DNA of 64,000 nt, taken from assembly GCA_964609925.1 (NCBI GenBank), contig CAZSUJ010000005.1, positions 9,718-73,717 of the forward strand, given 5' to 3'. Origin of the DNA: an uncultured Chthoniobacter sp. (GTDB lineage: Bacteria; Verrucomicrobiota; Verrucomicrobiia; Chthoniobacterales; JACTMZ01). This document shows, piece by piece, positions 1 to 13,425 of this stretch. The notes beneath the pieces are model-generated. The model was not told the DNA's origin. It searched no databases and saw only the letters and a list, made by a program, of their open reading frames with translations. The position numbers were made by a program, and so were the translations under genes. The number at the start of each line of letters is the position of its first letter. Position 1 is the first letter of the stretch.

Positions 1-2718
1 CGACGCGAGGCTGACGGAGGCGGCCCATGTGTTCGTCCCGCCAACGCTGCGCAGGGCGCCGTCCGAACCGCCCACGCCGGTGCCGGCGAGTGTCAGGGAT
101 TCGGCGGTGACGGTCAGGGCGGACGGGCTGTAGAGCTTGAGCGCGCCGCCTGCGGAGACAGTGGTGCCGGCGTTGGTCGCGCCAAGGGCGTGGGCGTGCC
201 GGACTTCGAGGGTGGCGTTCGAGTTGACCGTGGTGAGACCGGAGTAGGCGTTCGAGTTGACGAGGTTGACCTGCGAACCGGCGTCGCCGCCGATGAAGAC
301 GGCGTTCGTGCGCGCGGTCACGTTGCTGGTGGCGGACAGACCGTCGGTGATGACGCCGGGGGTGAAGACATTGCCCGCATGCGTGCGGGAGTTCGAACTG
401 CCGAGCGCGTAGCCGAGTTCGACGGTGCCGGTGTCTTCCAGCATGCCGTTCTTCCAATAGACATCGGGGTTGGAATCGCCGTAGGCGTAGAGCGCAAGGC
501 TGTCGATCAGACCGCCGCCGGCGCCCATGACGAAATTGCGATACCACGTGCCGCCGATCTGCGCGTCAAACGTGGTGTCGCTGGTGACCTTGAGGACGAG
601 CGTGCGGTCGGCCCCCGCGCCGAAGCTGGACACCATGCGTTCGGTGCCACCCTCGTAGATCTTCCAGTTCCCGCTGCTGTCGAGTTGGAGGCGCGCCTCG
701 GTGTCGCCGTCGGTCGAGGAGAAGAAGTCCGTGTAATTCGTGCCGTCGCGGAAGGCGATGCCGACGCGTCCGCCGGCGCTCGGGTTGGCGGAGGTGAAGG
801 CGGTGATGGTGAACGTGTCGCCGGCCTGCATGGGACGGGCGGCGCCCGTGTTGCCGTTACCGGTCGTGGTGAGCGTCTGGAAGGCGGCGGCACCGGGGGT
901 GTTGCCGAACGAGCCGTTGTTCGCGTAAAGGCCGACCTCGTTCGTCCCGTTGTTGAAGACCCCGGCGAAGGGCGGAGAGAAGTTTTTCTCGGTCAGAATC
1001 GCGTTGAAGCGGTTGGTCTGCATGCGGAAGGCCACCTGGTCGCCCGCGATGCCGGTGCCCTGCCACGCGACGCCGTAAGACTGGAGATTGCCGCCGGTGC
1101 CCCAGTTGCCGGTCAGGTCGAAGGTATTGCTGCCGTAACCGACCCGCAGGCCGTAATAGCCGGTGGAGGGAAGAGTGAACGAAAGATGCTCGACCACGTT
1201 GTAGAGGCTGACCGACTGGGCAACGACGGACTCGAAGACGTTGTTCACACCGAGTTGCCAGAGGGAAAGGTTGAGGTCGGCTTGGGCGAGGTCGAACGCG
1301 TTGATGCTCCCGCCGGGCAGTGTGTAACCGCGCTCGCGCAGCCAACTCAGCGTGGTCGTGAAGGTGGAGCCGCCGAGCAGGCGTCCGGAGAGCGCGTAGT
1401 CGTTGGTCAGTCCCAGCTGCGCGGCGCCAAAATCCCAGCCGGTGGCGGAGACCAGACCCTGAGCCCCGGTGTTGGTTCCGGCCACATCGCGCTGCCCGTT
1501 GACCTGCACGTCAAAGGCGCGGTCGAGGTTCATCCGCCCCGCCCCGACCGCCCAATCCAGCGACTGCGTTGTGGTGATCACGCCGTTCGTCGAGGCCTGG
1601 CCGTTCGACCAGCCGGATGTCTTGTCGGCAGCGGTCAGGAGCACGGACTTCAAGACCACGCTCTGCAAGGCCGCGGGGTTGTTGGAGAGGGCAGGCAAGG
1701 TCCGGGCTGCACTGGCCATGAGCGCGACGCCGCCGGCCACCATCGGGGACGAGAAGCTCGTGCCCTGCACGTCGGTATACTCCGAGGAATTGGTCGCCCA
1801 CGCGGCTGAACCGGTGAGCGTCGGATTGTTGCCGCCGCTTTGACCGCCGAAGTAGGCGCTGCGGATCGACGTGCCCGGTGCGCTGATGTCCACCGCGGCC
1901 CGCACGCCAGCCACGATGACAGGGTTGCCATTGGAATAGTTGAGGAAATCCTGGGGGCCGCGGCTGCTGAAGCTGGCCACGGTGTTGTAGGAGTTCGCGC
2001 TGCCGAGGGCGCCAACCGTGATGGTGTTGTAGCCCGAGCCGGGCGCGCCGACCGTGTTGGCGCCGGACCCGGAGTTGCCGGCGGAGACAACGTAAGTCTT
2101 GGTCGGATTCGAGCGTGCCAAGGCGTCGGTGAACTCGGTCAGGTTGTTGCTGCCACTTTGGTCGGTGTAGCCGAAGCTGGAATTGATCACATCGGCCTGC
2201 GCGAAGGCGTTGGTCATCGCCGCACGGTATGTATCCGTCGTGATGTTGAAATTGAGCGCGTAGGACGGGCTGACCCAAGAGGACGCGATTGCCCGGCTGA
2301 TCAACTCCGTCCCGTAGGCGATGCCCTGTTGCCTGATGTTTGCATTGGTCGTGGTCTGGCGTCCTCCGATGACCATGCCGACCCATGTCGCGTGGCGGTC
2401 GTAGAGCGCGCTGACGTTGCCGTTGCTCCACGTGTTGGCCGAGGCGAAGTAGTTTGTCACATGCTGCAGCGACTCGTGTCCGTTCCAGATGTGCCCGGCC
2501 TCGAGGTTCGCCGTCGTCGTGTTCTGTCCCGTGATGCCGTTCGAATAGTAACGGCCGGCCCCGACGAAGGCGCCCAAATCGAAGGTCCCCCCACCCGTGC
2601 CGCTTACCAGATGGGACTCTGCCGCAATGTCCGCTTCGTCCCCGGCAAGGACATCGGGCACGCCGAAGCCGGCGGCCACGAATGCGGCGGCGAGCAAGAA
2701 GCAGGACGGGAGGCGCAT
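1..2718 (-). CDS. S8 (subtilisin-like) serine peptidase precursor with C-terminal autotransporter-associated beta-strand (PATR-type) repeats; 3' end runs off the window
   Basis: Absent from the ORF track because the frame stays open to position 1. My own translation from the ATG at 2716-2718 gives signal peptide MRLPSCFLLAAAFVAAG, His box DRHATWVGMVIGG, Asn box VVSAGNSGSG and Ser box GTSFSSPMVAGGVALM (codons checked at 1681-1800). These are followed by GALKLYS...LTLAGTGVGGSDGALRSVGGTNTW-type repeats. Confidence 0.8.
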   Translation of the reverse strand, partial: MRLPSCFLLAAAFVAAGFGVPDVLAGDEADIAAESHLVSGTGGGTFDLGAFVGAGRYYSNGITGQNTTTANLEAGHIWNGHESLQHVTNYFASANTWSNGNVSALYDRHATWVGMVIGGRQTTTNANIRQQGIAYGTELISRAIASSWVSPSYALNFNITTDTYRAAMTNAFAQADVINSSFGYTDQSGSNNLTEFTDALARSNPTKTYVVSAGNSGSGANTVGAPGSGYNTITVGALGSANSYNTVASFSSRGPQDFLNYSNGNPVIVAGVRAAVDISAPGTSIRSAYFGGQSGGNNPTLTGSAAWATNSSEYTDVQGTSFSSPMVAGGVALMASAARTLPALSNNPAALQSVVLKSVLLTAADKTSGWSNGQASTNGVITTTQSLDWAVGAGRMNLDRAFDVQVNGQRDVAGTNTGAQGLVSATGWDFGAAQLGLTNDYALSGRLLGGSTFTTTLSWLRERGYTLPGGSINAFDLAQADLNLSLWQLGVNNVFESVVAQSVSLYNVVEHLSFTLPSTGYYGLRVGYGSNTFDLTGNWGTGGNLQSYGVAWQGTGIAGDQVAFRMQTNRFNAILTEKNFSPPFAGVFNNGTNEVGLYANNGSFGNTPGAAAFQTLTTTGNGNTGAARPMQAGDTFTITAFTSANPSAGGRVGIAFRDGTNYTDFFSSTDGDTEARLQLDSSGNWKIYEGGTERMVSSFGAGADRTLVLKVTSDTTFDAQIGGTWYRNFVMGAGGGLIDSLALYAYGDSNPDVYWKNGMLEDTGTVELGYALGSSNSRTHAGNVFTPGVITDGLSATSNVTARTNAVFIGGDAGSQVNLVNSNAYSGLTTVNSNATLEVRHAHALGATNAGTTVSAGGALKLYSPSALTVTAESLTLAGTGVGGSDGALRSVGGTNTWAASVSLAS

Positions 2719-2785
2719 GGCGAGCAGGCGGACTATTCGGACAATAGGCACAAAACCGGGGCTGGGCCAACCCGGTCGGCGGGCG

Positions 2786-3697
2786 TCAAGTCACCGCGGC
2801 ATAGGCCAAGGCGATCTCCGCAGCCACGCGAGCGTTGTTTTTCACCAAGGCGATGTTGGCCTGCAGGGAGCGCCCTTCGGTGACGCGGGCGATCTCGGCG
2901 AGAAGGAAGGGGGTGACATCCTTGCCCCGGACGCCCTCCGAGGCGGCGCGGGCCAAGGCGGCCGCCACAACCGGCTCGATCTCGGCCGCCGGGATTTCGT
3001 CGGAGGCGGGGATCGGGTTGGCGACGACCACCGCTCCACGGAGGCCGAGAGTCCACTTGACCTTCATGAGCGATGCAACCTCCGAGGCGCTGTCGGCCCG
3101 CAGCGAAAGGCGCAGGCCGCTCGACCGCGAGTAGAACGCCGGAAACTCGTCCGTTCCGAATCCGGCCACCGGCACACCATCGGTCTCCAAACGCTCGAGT
3201 GTGAGCGGCAGGTCGAGGATCGCCTTGGCGCCAGCCGTGACGAGCGCAACGTTGCTGAGGGTCATCTCGACCAGGTCGGCCGAGATGTCGAACGTCTCCC
3301 CCGCTCCGCGGTGGACGCCGCCCATGCCGCCGGTGGCGAAAACCGGGATGCCGGCCATTGCGGCGATGCGCATGGTCGAGGCGACGGTGGTTGCACCGTC
3401 AAGACCGCGCGCGACGACAAACGGCAGGTCGCGCACCGAAACCTTCATCACGCCGGGACCGTCACGCCCGAAGCGCTCGATCTCTTCCCGCGTCAACCCG
3501 GCGCGCGGCGTCCCGCCGATCACCGCCACCGTGGCGGGCACCGCCCCGTGCTCGCGCACGACGTCCTCGACGGCCAGCGCCGTCTCGACATTGGCCGGAT
3601 ACGACATGCCGTGGGCGATGATGGTTGATTCAAGCGCAACGACCGGCTGTCTCGTGGACAGGGCGCGCGCCACCTCGGCGGAAAATTTCACTTTCAT
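2786..3697 (-). CDS. psuG: pseudouridine-5'-phosphate glycosidase
   Basis: 303-aa ORF with full-length resemblance to the PsuG/YeiN family (VVALESTIIAHGMSYP, ATGGMGGVHRG, AGAKAILD). Its start overlaps the thiE stop as ATGA (3694-3697). Confidence 0.9.
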   Translation of the reverse strand: MKVKFSAEVARALSTRQPVVALESTIIAHGMSYPANVETALAVEDVVREHGAVPATVAVIGGTPRAGLTREEIERFGRDGPGVMKVSVRDLPFVVARGLDGATTVASTMRIAAMAGIPVFATGGMGGVHRGAGETFDISADLVEMTLSNVALVTAGAKAILDLPLTLERLETDGVPVAGFGTDEFPAFYSRSSGLRLSLRADSASEVASLMKVKWTLGLRGAVVVANPIPASDEIPAAEIEPVVAAALARAASEGVRGKDVTPFLLAEIARVTEGRSLQANIALVKNNARVAAEIALAYAAVT

Positions 3698-4320
3698 GAG
3701 TCGAGCAACTGGCGCGCCGCACGGACTGCGGCGGGAATGTCATCGGCCTGCAGCCATCCGGAAACGATGACGACGCGGCGGGCACCGGCGGCGCGGACTT
3801 CGCCAAGGTTCTGCAACTTGATCCCGCCGATGGCAAAGACCGGAATCGAAAGCATCGCCTCCACCTCGCCGAGGTCGTCCAGGCCGATGGGCGGACGGCC
3901 GGGTTTCGTCGGCGTGGCGAAGAGCGGGCCGAAGCCGATGTAGTCAGCCCCCTCCTCCGCGGCCGAAAGGGCCTGCGCGACGGAATGCGTGGATTTTCCG
4001 ACGATGACCGGCCGTCCGGCCAAGCGGCGGGCCTCTTCGATGCCGGCGTCGTCTTGACCGACATGGACGCCCTCGGCCGGGATCTCGCGCAGGAGCGCGG
4101 CGTGGTCGTTCAGAATCAGGGGAACGCCGGCATCACGGGTGATCGGGTGGATTTCGCGCGCGAGGCCGGCCACGATCTCGAGGGGCGCGGACTTGGCGCG
4201 GATCTGCAGGACGTCTACGCCGCCCGCGACGAGGCGTTCCGCGGCCACGGGGGCGGCTTCCGACGGGACGTAACCGAGGTCGACGATCCCGTAGAGGCGG
4301 GCTTCCGCCAGCGGCTTCAC
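3694..4320 (-). CDS. thiE: thiamine-phosphate synthase
   Basis: The ThiE-like part of ORF 3694..4956 starts at [14 protein letters not shown] (GTG 4318-4320), which overlaps the accC stop as GTGA. Motifs VLQIRAK, HVGQDD and IGGI are present. The longer N-terminal extension lies inside accC in another frame. Confidence 0.85.
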   Translation of the reverse strand: MKPLAEARLYGIVDLGYVPSEAAPVAAERLVAGGVDVLQIRAKSAPLEIVAGLAREIHPITRDAGVPLILNDHAALLREIPAEGVHVGQDDAGIEEARRLAGRPVIVGKSTHSVAQALSAAEEGADYIGFGPLFATPTKPGRPPIGLDDLGEVEAMLSIPVFAIGGIKLQNLGEVRAAGARRVVIVSGWLQADDIPAAVRAARQLLDS

Positions 4321-5678
4321 TTTTTCTTCTTGGCGCGCTCGGCCAGCATCTTCTCGACGAAGCCAGTGTCGTATTGCCCGTTGATGAAGTCCTTGTGGCG
4401 CATGATCTCCTGCTGGAAGGGGATCGTGGTCTTGATGCCGGTGATCATGTATTCGCCGAGGGCGCGGCTCATGCGGGCGATGGCCTGGTCGCGGCTCGAG
4501 GCGTGGACGATGAGTTTGGCGATCATCGAATCGTAATTCGACGGGACCGGGTAGCCCGCGTAGGCGTGGGAATCGATGCGGACACCGCGTCCGCCGGGCG
4601 CGTAGTAGAGGTCGATCGTGCCCGGGCTCGGGGAGAAATTGTTCTCCGGATCCTCGGCATTGATGCGGCACTCGATCGAGTGGTGGCGGGGCACCGCGTG
4701 CTGGACGTGGTGCGAAAGGGGCGCGCCCGAGGCGATCTGGATCTGCTGCTTCACGAGGTCGCACCCGTAAACCTCCTCGGTGATCGGGTGCTCGACCTGG
4801 ATGCGCGTGTTCATCTCCATGAAGTAGAAGTTGCCTTCGTTGTCCACGAGATACTCGATGGTGCCGGCATTCTCGTAGCCGACGGCCTCGACCAGCTTGA
4901 GCGAGGCATCGCCCATCTTCTCGCGCAGGGCCTTGGTCATGATGGGCGACGGGCACTCCTCGATGATCTTCTGGTTGCGACGCTGCACCGAGCAGTCACG
5001 CTCGCCGAGGTGGACGGCGTTGCCCTTGCTGTCGGCCACGATCTGGAACTCGATATGGTGGGGGTTCTGGACGAATTTCTCGATGTAAACCGCGGCGTTG
5101 CCGAAGGCTTTTTCGGCCTCGGTGCGCGCGCTGTGGTAACCCTTGACCAGCGTCACCTCGTTGTGGGCCACGCGCATGCCGCGTCCGCCTCCGCCGGCCA
5201 CGGCCTTGATGATGACGGGGAAGCCGATCTTGCGAGCCACGCGCAGGGCCTCGCCTTCGGACTCGATGATGCCGTCGCTGCCGGGCGTGATCGGGACGCC
5301 GGCCTTGATGGCCTGCTGGCGGGCCATGTTCTTGTCGCCCATGAGGCGGATGGCTTCGGCGGGCGGGCCGACGAACTTGATCTTGCAGCTCGCGCAGACC
5401 TCGGCGAAGTGGGCGTTCTCGGCGAGGAATCCGTAGCCGGGGTGGATGGCGTCGGCGTCGGCGATCTCGGCCGCGCTGATGATGCGGTCGATCTTGAGGT
5501 AGCTCTGCGGGCTGGGCGCGGGGCCGATGCAGATGGCCTCGTCGGCGAGCTGCACGTGGAGTGATTGGATGTCGGCCTCGGAATAAACGGCGATGCTGCG
5601 GATGCCGAGTTCCTTGCACGCGCGGATGATGCGCAGGGCGATTTCGCCGCGGTTGGCGATGAGAAGGCGCTTGATCAT
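4317..5678 (-). CDS. accC: acetyl-CoA carboxylase biotin carboxylase subunit
   Basis: 453-aa ORF with the canonical AccC sequence ([29 protein letters not shown]-grasp [20 protein letters not shown]). Confidence 0.95.
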   Translation of the reverse strand: MIKRLLIANRGEIALRIIRACKELGIRSIAVYSEADIQSLHVQLADEAICIGPAPSPQSYLKIDRIISAAEIADADAIHPGYGFLAENAHFAEVCASCKIKFVGPPAEAIRLMGDKNMARQQAIKAGVPITPGSDGIIESEGEALRVARKIGFPVIIKAVAGGGGRGMRVAHNEVTLVKGYHSARTEAEKAFGNAAVYIEKFVQNPHHIEFQIVADSKGNAVHLGERDCSVQRRNQKIIEECPSPIMTKALREKMGDASLKLVEAVGYENAGTIEYLVDNEGNFYFMEMNTRIQVEHPITEEVYGCDLVKQQIQIASGAPLSHHVQHAVPRHHSIECRINAEDPENNFSPSPGTIDLYYAPGGRGVRIDSHAYAGYPVPSNYDSMIAKLIVHASSRDQAIARMSRALGEYMITGIKTTIPFQQEIMRHKDFINGQYDTGFVEKMLAERAKKKK

Positions 5679-5710
5679 GGCGTCATGGAGGGGGCGCGGA
5701 CGCCGCCCGA

Positions 5711-6151
5711 CTACTTGAGGCGGAAGAGGGCCTGGCCGAATTGCACCGGCTGCCCGTTCTCGGCCGCAACCTCGGTGATCGTGCCGGCGACCTCGGCCTT
5801 GATCTCGTTCATCACCTTCATGGCCTCGATGATGCAGACAACGGTGTCCGGCGTGACATCCTGGCCGGCGGTGACGAACGGCGGGGACTCGGGCGACGGT
5901 GAAAGGTAGAACGTGCCCACCATCGGCGAGACAATCTCCTTGCCCGGGGCGGCGGGCTTGGCCTCGGCCGACGGGGCTGCTACCGGAGCGGCCACTGCTG
6001 GCGCGGGGGCGGCGGGCGGCGCGTAGGCCGCAGGCATGTAGGCGGACTCCTTCGCGAGGGAGATGCGGAAACCGTCCTTCTCCATCTCGAAGGCCGTCAG
6101 GCCGTTTTTCTTCATCAAATCGATGAGCGCTTTGATTTCTTTGAGGTCCAC
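5711..6151 (-). CDS. accB: acetyl-CoA carboxylase biotin carboxyl carrier protein
   Basis: Biotinyl-lysine motif EAMKVMNEI and an Ala/Pro linker. I place the start at GTG 6149-6151 ([15 protein letters not shown]), preceded by AAGGAG. The track's longer start (6247) would overlap the agmatine deiminase gene. Confidence 0.9.
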   Translation of the reverse strand: MDLKEIKALIDLMKKNGLTAFEMEKDGFRISLAKESAYMPAAYAPPAAPAPAVAAPVAAPSAEAKPAAPGKEIVSPMVGTFYLSPSPESPPFVTAGQDVTPDTVVCIIEAMKVMNEIKAEVAGTITEVAAENGQPVQFGQALFRLK

Positions 6152-6156
6152 AGGTG

Positions 6157-6162
6157 CTCCTT
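6157..6162 (-). promoter_or_regulatory. Shine-Dalgarno AAGGAG for accB
   Basis: The reverse complement of 6157-6162 (ctcctt) is AAGGAG, 5 nt upstream of the GTG at 6151. Confidence 0.7.
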
Positions 6163-6207
6163 TCTGGTTTCGGGGAAGGGGGAGGATGGGTGCCGCGGCA
6201 GGGACAG

Positions 6208-7254
6208 TCAAGAGCGCGGGACCGCCGGTTGCTGCTGGCTCAAGCAATGCACGGATCCGAGACCGATGATGATGTGGCGACAGTCCACCGGGACAACCCT
6301 GCGGCCAGGAAACAGCGACTCGAGCAGGGCACCGGCCGTGTCGTCTACGGGATCACGGAAGACGGGCAGGAGCACACCGCCGTTGACGAGAAGGAAGTTG
6401 GCGTAGCTCGCGGGCAGGCGATGCCCCTCGTGATCGAGGCGCAAGCGGGGCATGGGCAAGGTCGCGATCTCGAGCGGCCTGCCCTCCTCGTCCCGGAGGC
6501 CGCGGAGGGTTTCGAGATTCTCGCGCAGCACGGCATGGTTCGGGTCGGACTCGTTCTCGTCGAGCATCGTGACGACGCGCGACGGACTGATGAAGCGGGC
6601 GAGGTCGTCGATGTGCCCGTCGGTGTCGTCGCCCTCGATGCCGTCGCCGAGCCAGAGGATATTGCGCACGCCGAGCCACCGGCGGAGATTGTCCTCGATC
6701 TCGGTCTCGTTCAGGTGGGGGTTACGGTTGGGATTGAGCAGGCAACTCCGCGTCGTGAGCACCGAACCGGTGCCGTTGACGTCGATCGAGCCGCCCTCCA
6801 AGACCATCGGGTTGGTGAAACAACGCAACCCGAGATGACGGGCCACGGCGGAGGCGACGCCGCGGTCGAGGTGCTGACGGCCGGCCTCGAACTTGTTGCC
6901 CCAAGCATTGTAGCCGAAGTCGGCCACGGCCACCTCGCGGGTCGCGTCGTTGACTAGGAAGATCGGCCCGTGATCGCGCGCCCACGGTTCGTCGGTCGGG
7001 ATGCGCACGTATTCGACCTCTCCGCAGCGTCCCACATGACGGCGGGCCTCCGCCGCCTCCGCGTCGTCGTTCACATTGACCCGCACAGGCTGGAACTCCG
7101 CCGCGGCCCGCACCATCGCGCCCATCGCTGGGGGGATGTGCTCGTAGGCGTTGGGAAAGCTGAGGGTGTCCGGGTGGGGCCACGAAAACCACACCGCTTC
7201 CTGGGGTTCCCACTCCGCGGGCATGCGGAAACCGAGTTCAGCTGGACTCTCCAT
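6208..7254 (-). CDS. aguA: agmatine deiminase (Porphyromonas-type peptidyl-arginine deiminase family)
   Basis: 348-aa ORF with the family pattern RMPAEWEPQ...[23 protein letters not shown] and C-terminal GSVHCLSQQ (catalytic Cys). Confidence 0.85.
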   Translation of the reverse strand: MESPAELGFRMPAEWEPQEAVWFSWPHPDTLSFPNAYEHIPPAMGAMVRAAAEFQPVRVNVNDDAEAAEARRHVGRCGEVEYVRIPTDEPWARDHGPIFLVNDATREVAVADFGYNAWGNKFEAGRQHLDRGVASAVARHLGLRCFTNPMVLEGGSIDVNGTGSVLTTRSCLLNPNRNPHLNETEIEDNLRRWLGVRNILWLGDGIEGDDTDGHIDDLARFISPSRVVTMLDENESDPNHAVLRENLETLRGLRDEEGRPLEIATLPMPRLRLDHEGHRLPASYANFLLVNGGVLLPVFRDPVDDTAGALLESLFPGRRVVPVDCRHIIIGLGSVHCLSQQQPAVPRS

Positions 7255-7301
7255 GCAGCTATCTCCCCCGAGCGCGTGGAAAAAAGCAAGCCGCGGACCG
7301 C

Positions 7302-8075
7302 TCAGCGCGCGGTCATGGCCGCACGCGCGCGCAACGTCGCGGCGCGGCCGAGGGGCACGGGGACGGCGAGTCCTTCCAGCCAGAGCTTGGAGGCGTGCGA
7401 TCCGGCGCGTTCGAGGCGCTGGATGCGGCGGGTGTTGACGGCGAGCGAGCGGTCGAGGCGGAGGATGGGCGGGTTGGGCAGCGTCTCAAGGAAGCTTCCG
7501 AGCGGACGGCAGATGAACGGCGTCTCCCCGCCGGCCAGTGTGAAGCGGCAGAAATCACCGTCCGCCCGCAGGCAGACGATGTCCTCGATCCGCGTCACGA
7601 ACGTGCGCTCGGGCGCGCGCAGGCAAAGGCGGTCGTCCGCCTCGAGCGGCACCGGCTGGATCTCGCTTCCTCCGACGGCAGCACGCAGACGGGAAACGGC
7701 CTTGGCGAGGCGACCGGGCTCGACGGGCTTGAGCACGTAATCCACCGCGTCCACCTCGAACGCCCGCACCGCATGGCCCGAGTGCGCGGTGACAAAGACC
7801 ACGCGCGGGGCGGGGGCGAGGCGCCCCAACAAATCGAAGCCGCTCGCACCCGGCATCTGGATATCGAGGAAAACGCCCTGCGGTTGCTTCTCCTCGATAA
7901 CCCGCACCGCATCGCGCACGCTGCCCGCCTCGCACACCACCTCGACGCCGGGCATGGCGGCCAAGGCGCGACGCAGGCCGGCGCGAGCCAAAGGTTCGTC
8001 GTCGATCACGCCGATCCGCAGCGGCGGGACTTGATCGCCGCGCTCGCCAGCCTGGCTCGGACCGTTCGCATTCAT
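7302..8075 (-). CDS. LytR/AlgR-family response regulator (REC + LytTR DNA-binding domain)
   Basis: The receiver reads IGVIDDEPLAR...VFLDIQMPGASGFDL...VVFVTAH. The C-terminal half is LytTR-like (VCLRADGDFCRFTLAGGE...). Confidence 0.85.
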   Translation of the reverse strand: MNANGPSQAGERGDQVPPLRIGVIDDEPLARAGLRRALAAMPGVEVVCEAGSVRDAVRVIEEKQPQGVFLDIQMPGASGFDLLGRLAPAPRVVFVTAHSGHAVRAFEVDAVDYVLKPVEPGRLAKAVSRLRAAVGGSEIQPVPLEADDRLCLRAPERTFVTRIEDIVCLRADGDFCRFTLAGGETPFICRPLGSFLETLPNPPILRLDRSLAVNTRRIQRLERAGSHASKLWLEGLAVPVPLGRAATLRARAAMTAR

Positions 8076-8105
8076 GGTCTGCGTCGTTCTTGTTCCCTGT
8101 AGTTG

Positions 8106-9149
8106 TCAACTCACCGGCTCGCCGCGCACGAGGAGCGTGCCGACCACGCGCCCGCCTTCCTGCCGGATGCGGAAGCGGTGGCGTCCGGGATAATGCAGCT
8201 GCAGACGCCGGCGCAGCACCTCGAGCCCGACCCCGCCATGGCTGTCGCCCAATCGGCCGGAGTTGGTCACCACGATGCGGAGGTCGCGTGCCGTTTCCTG
8301 GACACGCAGCGAAACCTCGAGGGGCGGTTGCGCGGTGGCGAAGCCATGCTTGACCGCGTTTTCGACTAGCGGCTGCAACAGGAAACACGGAACGCGCCGC
8401 GAGGGCGATGGCGGCTCGCAGGCGACGCTGGTGATGAGGTTGTCTCCGAAGCGGGTCTTCTCGATCTCCAGATACGTCCGCATGGCCGCCACCTCATCCG
8501 CCACCGGCACGCTGTCCTGATGCCGGTGGTCGAGCGAGTAACGCAGGTAGCGCGAAAGCTGGTGCACGAGAGCCAGCGCTTTGGTCGCGTCGGGAGGAAT
8601 GAGGGTGGCGATGCCGTTGAGGGAGTTGAAAAGCAAATGCGGGTCGAGTTGCGCTCGGAGCAAGAGGAGTTCCAGTCGTGTGGCCTCGGCCCGCGCATGC
8701 TCGGCCTCGGCGCCGCGCCGTCGGGCATCCGTGTCAGCCAGCAACCAGAAGTAGAGGAAACTCGCGGCGAGAAAAGTGAGCCAGTAAAGCAGGAAGCGCA
8801 GGAGGATCTCCTCGAGCGGCGTCCAGCCCGGAATCCACCACCCCGTCAGGCGCACGAACGCCAACGCGAACGCGGACAGCCCGGCCGAGGCGAGGAAACT
8901 CAAGCCGACCAACCGCCCGGCCGTGCCCAGGCTGAACCCCTCCCCCGCCCCCAGCCGCTCGTAGGCCGCCTTGAGCAGGCAGATTCCGATGAAGGCCATG
9001 CTGTCCACCACCAAAGTGAAGCCGAGCGCGCGCGCCGGGTTCTCGTGCAGCACCCACCGCGAGAGGAACAAGATCACACTCACCCCGAGCCATAGCCCGA
9101 AAGCCCATTTCCAATAGGCGGGCGGGCGCTGGTCCGGACGGCTTGTCAT
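8106..9149 (-). CDS. LytS/YehU-type sensor histidine kinase
   Basis: Multi-pass N-terminus, then the His_kinase (PF06580-type) box RAQLDPHLLFNSLNGIATLI and an ATPase N-box LLQPLVENAVKHG. It lies directly upstream of the LytTR regulator. Confidence 0.85.
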   Translation of the reverse strand: MTSRPDQRPPAYWKWAFGLWLGVSVILFLSRWVLHENPARALGFTLVVDSMAFIGICLLKAAYERLGAGEGFSLGTAGRLVGLSFLASAGLSAFALAFVRLTGWWIPGWTPLEEILLRFLLYWLTFLAASFLYFWLLADTDARRRGAEAEHARAEATRLELLLLRAQLDPHLLFNSLNGIATLIPPDATKALALVHQLSRYLRYSLDHRHQDSVPVADEVAAMRTYLEIEKTRFGDNLITSVACEPPSPSRRVPCFLLQPLVENAVKHGFATAQPPLEVSLRVQETARDLRIVVTNSGRLGDSHGGVGLEVLRRRLQLHYPGRHRFRIRQEGGRVVGTLLVRGEPVS

Positions 9150-9203
9150 GGCCGCCGACCATGAACGCCGCGCACGACCCGGTCAATGCAGCCCTACACT
9201 TGA

Positions 9204-12638
<3,435 letters not shown>

Positions 12639-12696
12639 CAAATTGTGGATTGGTCCGACGCTGCGTCCGGCATCCAGCCGGGCGCAGCGGTCGGCC

Positions 12697-13107
12697 TCAC
12701 CAGGCGTCCAACTCGTCGCCCGGACGCAGGACCTCCAAGCCGGGGATGTGGTCGAAATGACGATCGTCGGTCAGCACGACCGCATCGGCCATCAGCGCGC
12801 ACGCGGCGATGAGGCAATCCTGCGCCGGCAAGGTGATGCCGCGGCGGTCGAGCGACCACGCGATCTGTGTGGCCGTCGCCCACGTCCGGTTCCCCGTCTG
12901 CAGCATCATGAGCACGTCGAAGAAAGCCCGCATGTGGTCGCGCACGCGCCCGGCGCGCAGGCCGCGCTCGACCTCGAGGCGGACCATCCCGCACGTCGCA
13001 AGGTCGGCCGCACCGGCCCACTCGCCGAGCACGACCACCGGGTCCACGCTGCGCCGCAGCAACCCGATGAAGACATTGCTGTCAACGAGGACGCTTGCGC
13101 TTCGCAT
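12697..13107 (-). CDS. vapC: PIN-domain toxin (VapC-like)
   Basis: VLVDSNVFIGLL (first acidic residue) and VLTDDRHFDHIPGL at the C-terminus. I use the ATG at 13105-13107 (MRSASVLVD), which overlaps the antitoxin 3' end. Confidence 0.75.
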   Translation of the reverse strand: MRSASVLVDSNVFIGLLRRSVDPVVVLGEWAGAADLATCGMVRLEVERGLRAGRVRDHMRAFFDVLMMLQTGNRTWATATQIAWSLDRRGITLPAQDCLIAACALMADAVVLTDDRHFDHIPGLEVLRPGDELDAW

Positions 13108-13357
13108 GGACGGCACGCGCTTTGTAACCACCCGCTGGCTCCGCGGCACGGAGCCCGAGGACGTCGTAACCGGGCTCGACAGCGGCTTTCAACTCGGCCG
13201 CGGAGAACGGACTGCCCGCCGCCACCATGGCCTTGAAGCCCGCCTTCCTCGCCATCTCTCTCAACGCCATGTCCACGGCCTCGGTCTTGCTCTCGCATCC
13301 ATGGGCCGCCATGACTTTGGCGAGGAGATCCTCGTCGATGTGCATGGTCATCTTCAT
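13082..13357 (-). CDS. vapB: type II antitoxin (VapB-family, MKMTMHIDEDLL... type)
   Basis: N-terminus MKMTMHIDEDLLAKVMAAHGCESKTEAVDMALREM resembles the VapB antitoxin family and sits directly upstream of the PIN gene. The track's start at 13393 is a TTG that looks more like a -35 TTGACG. Confidence 0.65.
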   Translation of the reverse strand: MKMTMHIDEDLLAKVMAAHGCESKTEAVDMALREMARKAGFKAMVAAGSPFSAAELKAAVEPGYDVLGLRAAEPAGGYKARAVHAKRKRPR

Positions 13358-13374
13358 GCCATACTCGGTATGGC
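13358..13374. promoter_or_regulatory. perfect 7-3-7 palindrome GCCATAC-TCG-GTATGGC abutting the vapB start; candidate antitoxin operator
   Basis: Read directly at 13358-13374, immediately 5' of the ATG at 13355-13357 on the minus strand. Confidence 0.45.
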
Positions 13375-13425
13375 AAGCCCTCTCCCGCGTCAAGATTTTT
13401 TTTCTGCGCCGTCGTCACCCCGCCC

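Noticed and set aside
3694-4956. 420-aa version of thiE and 178-aa version of accB (5711..6247), as given by the longest-ORF rule.
   Set aside because: The extensions run through accC or into the agmatine deiminase gene in other frames and are Pro/Arg-rich. Internal GTG starts give canonical N-termini, stop-start overlaps and, for accB, an AAGGAG ribosome-binding site.
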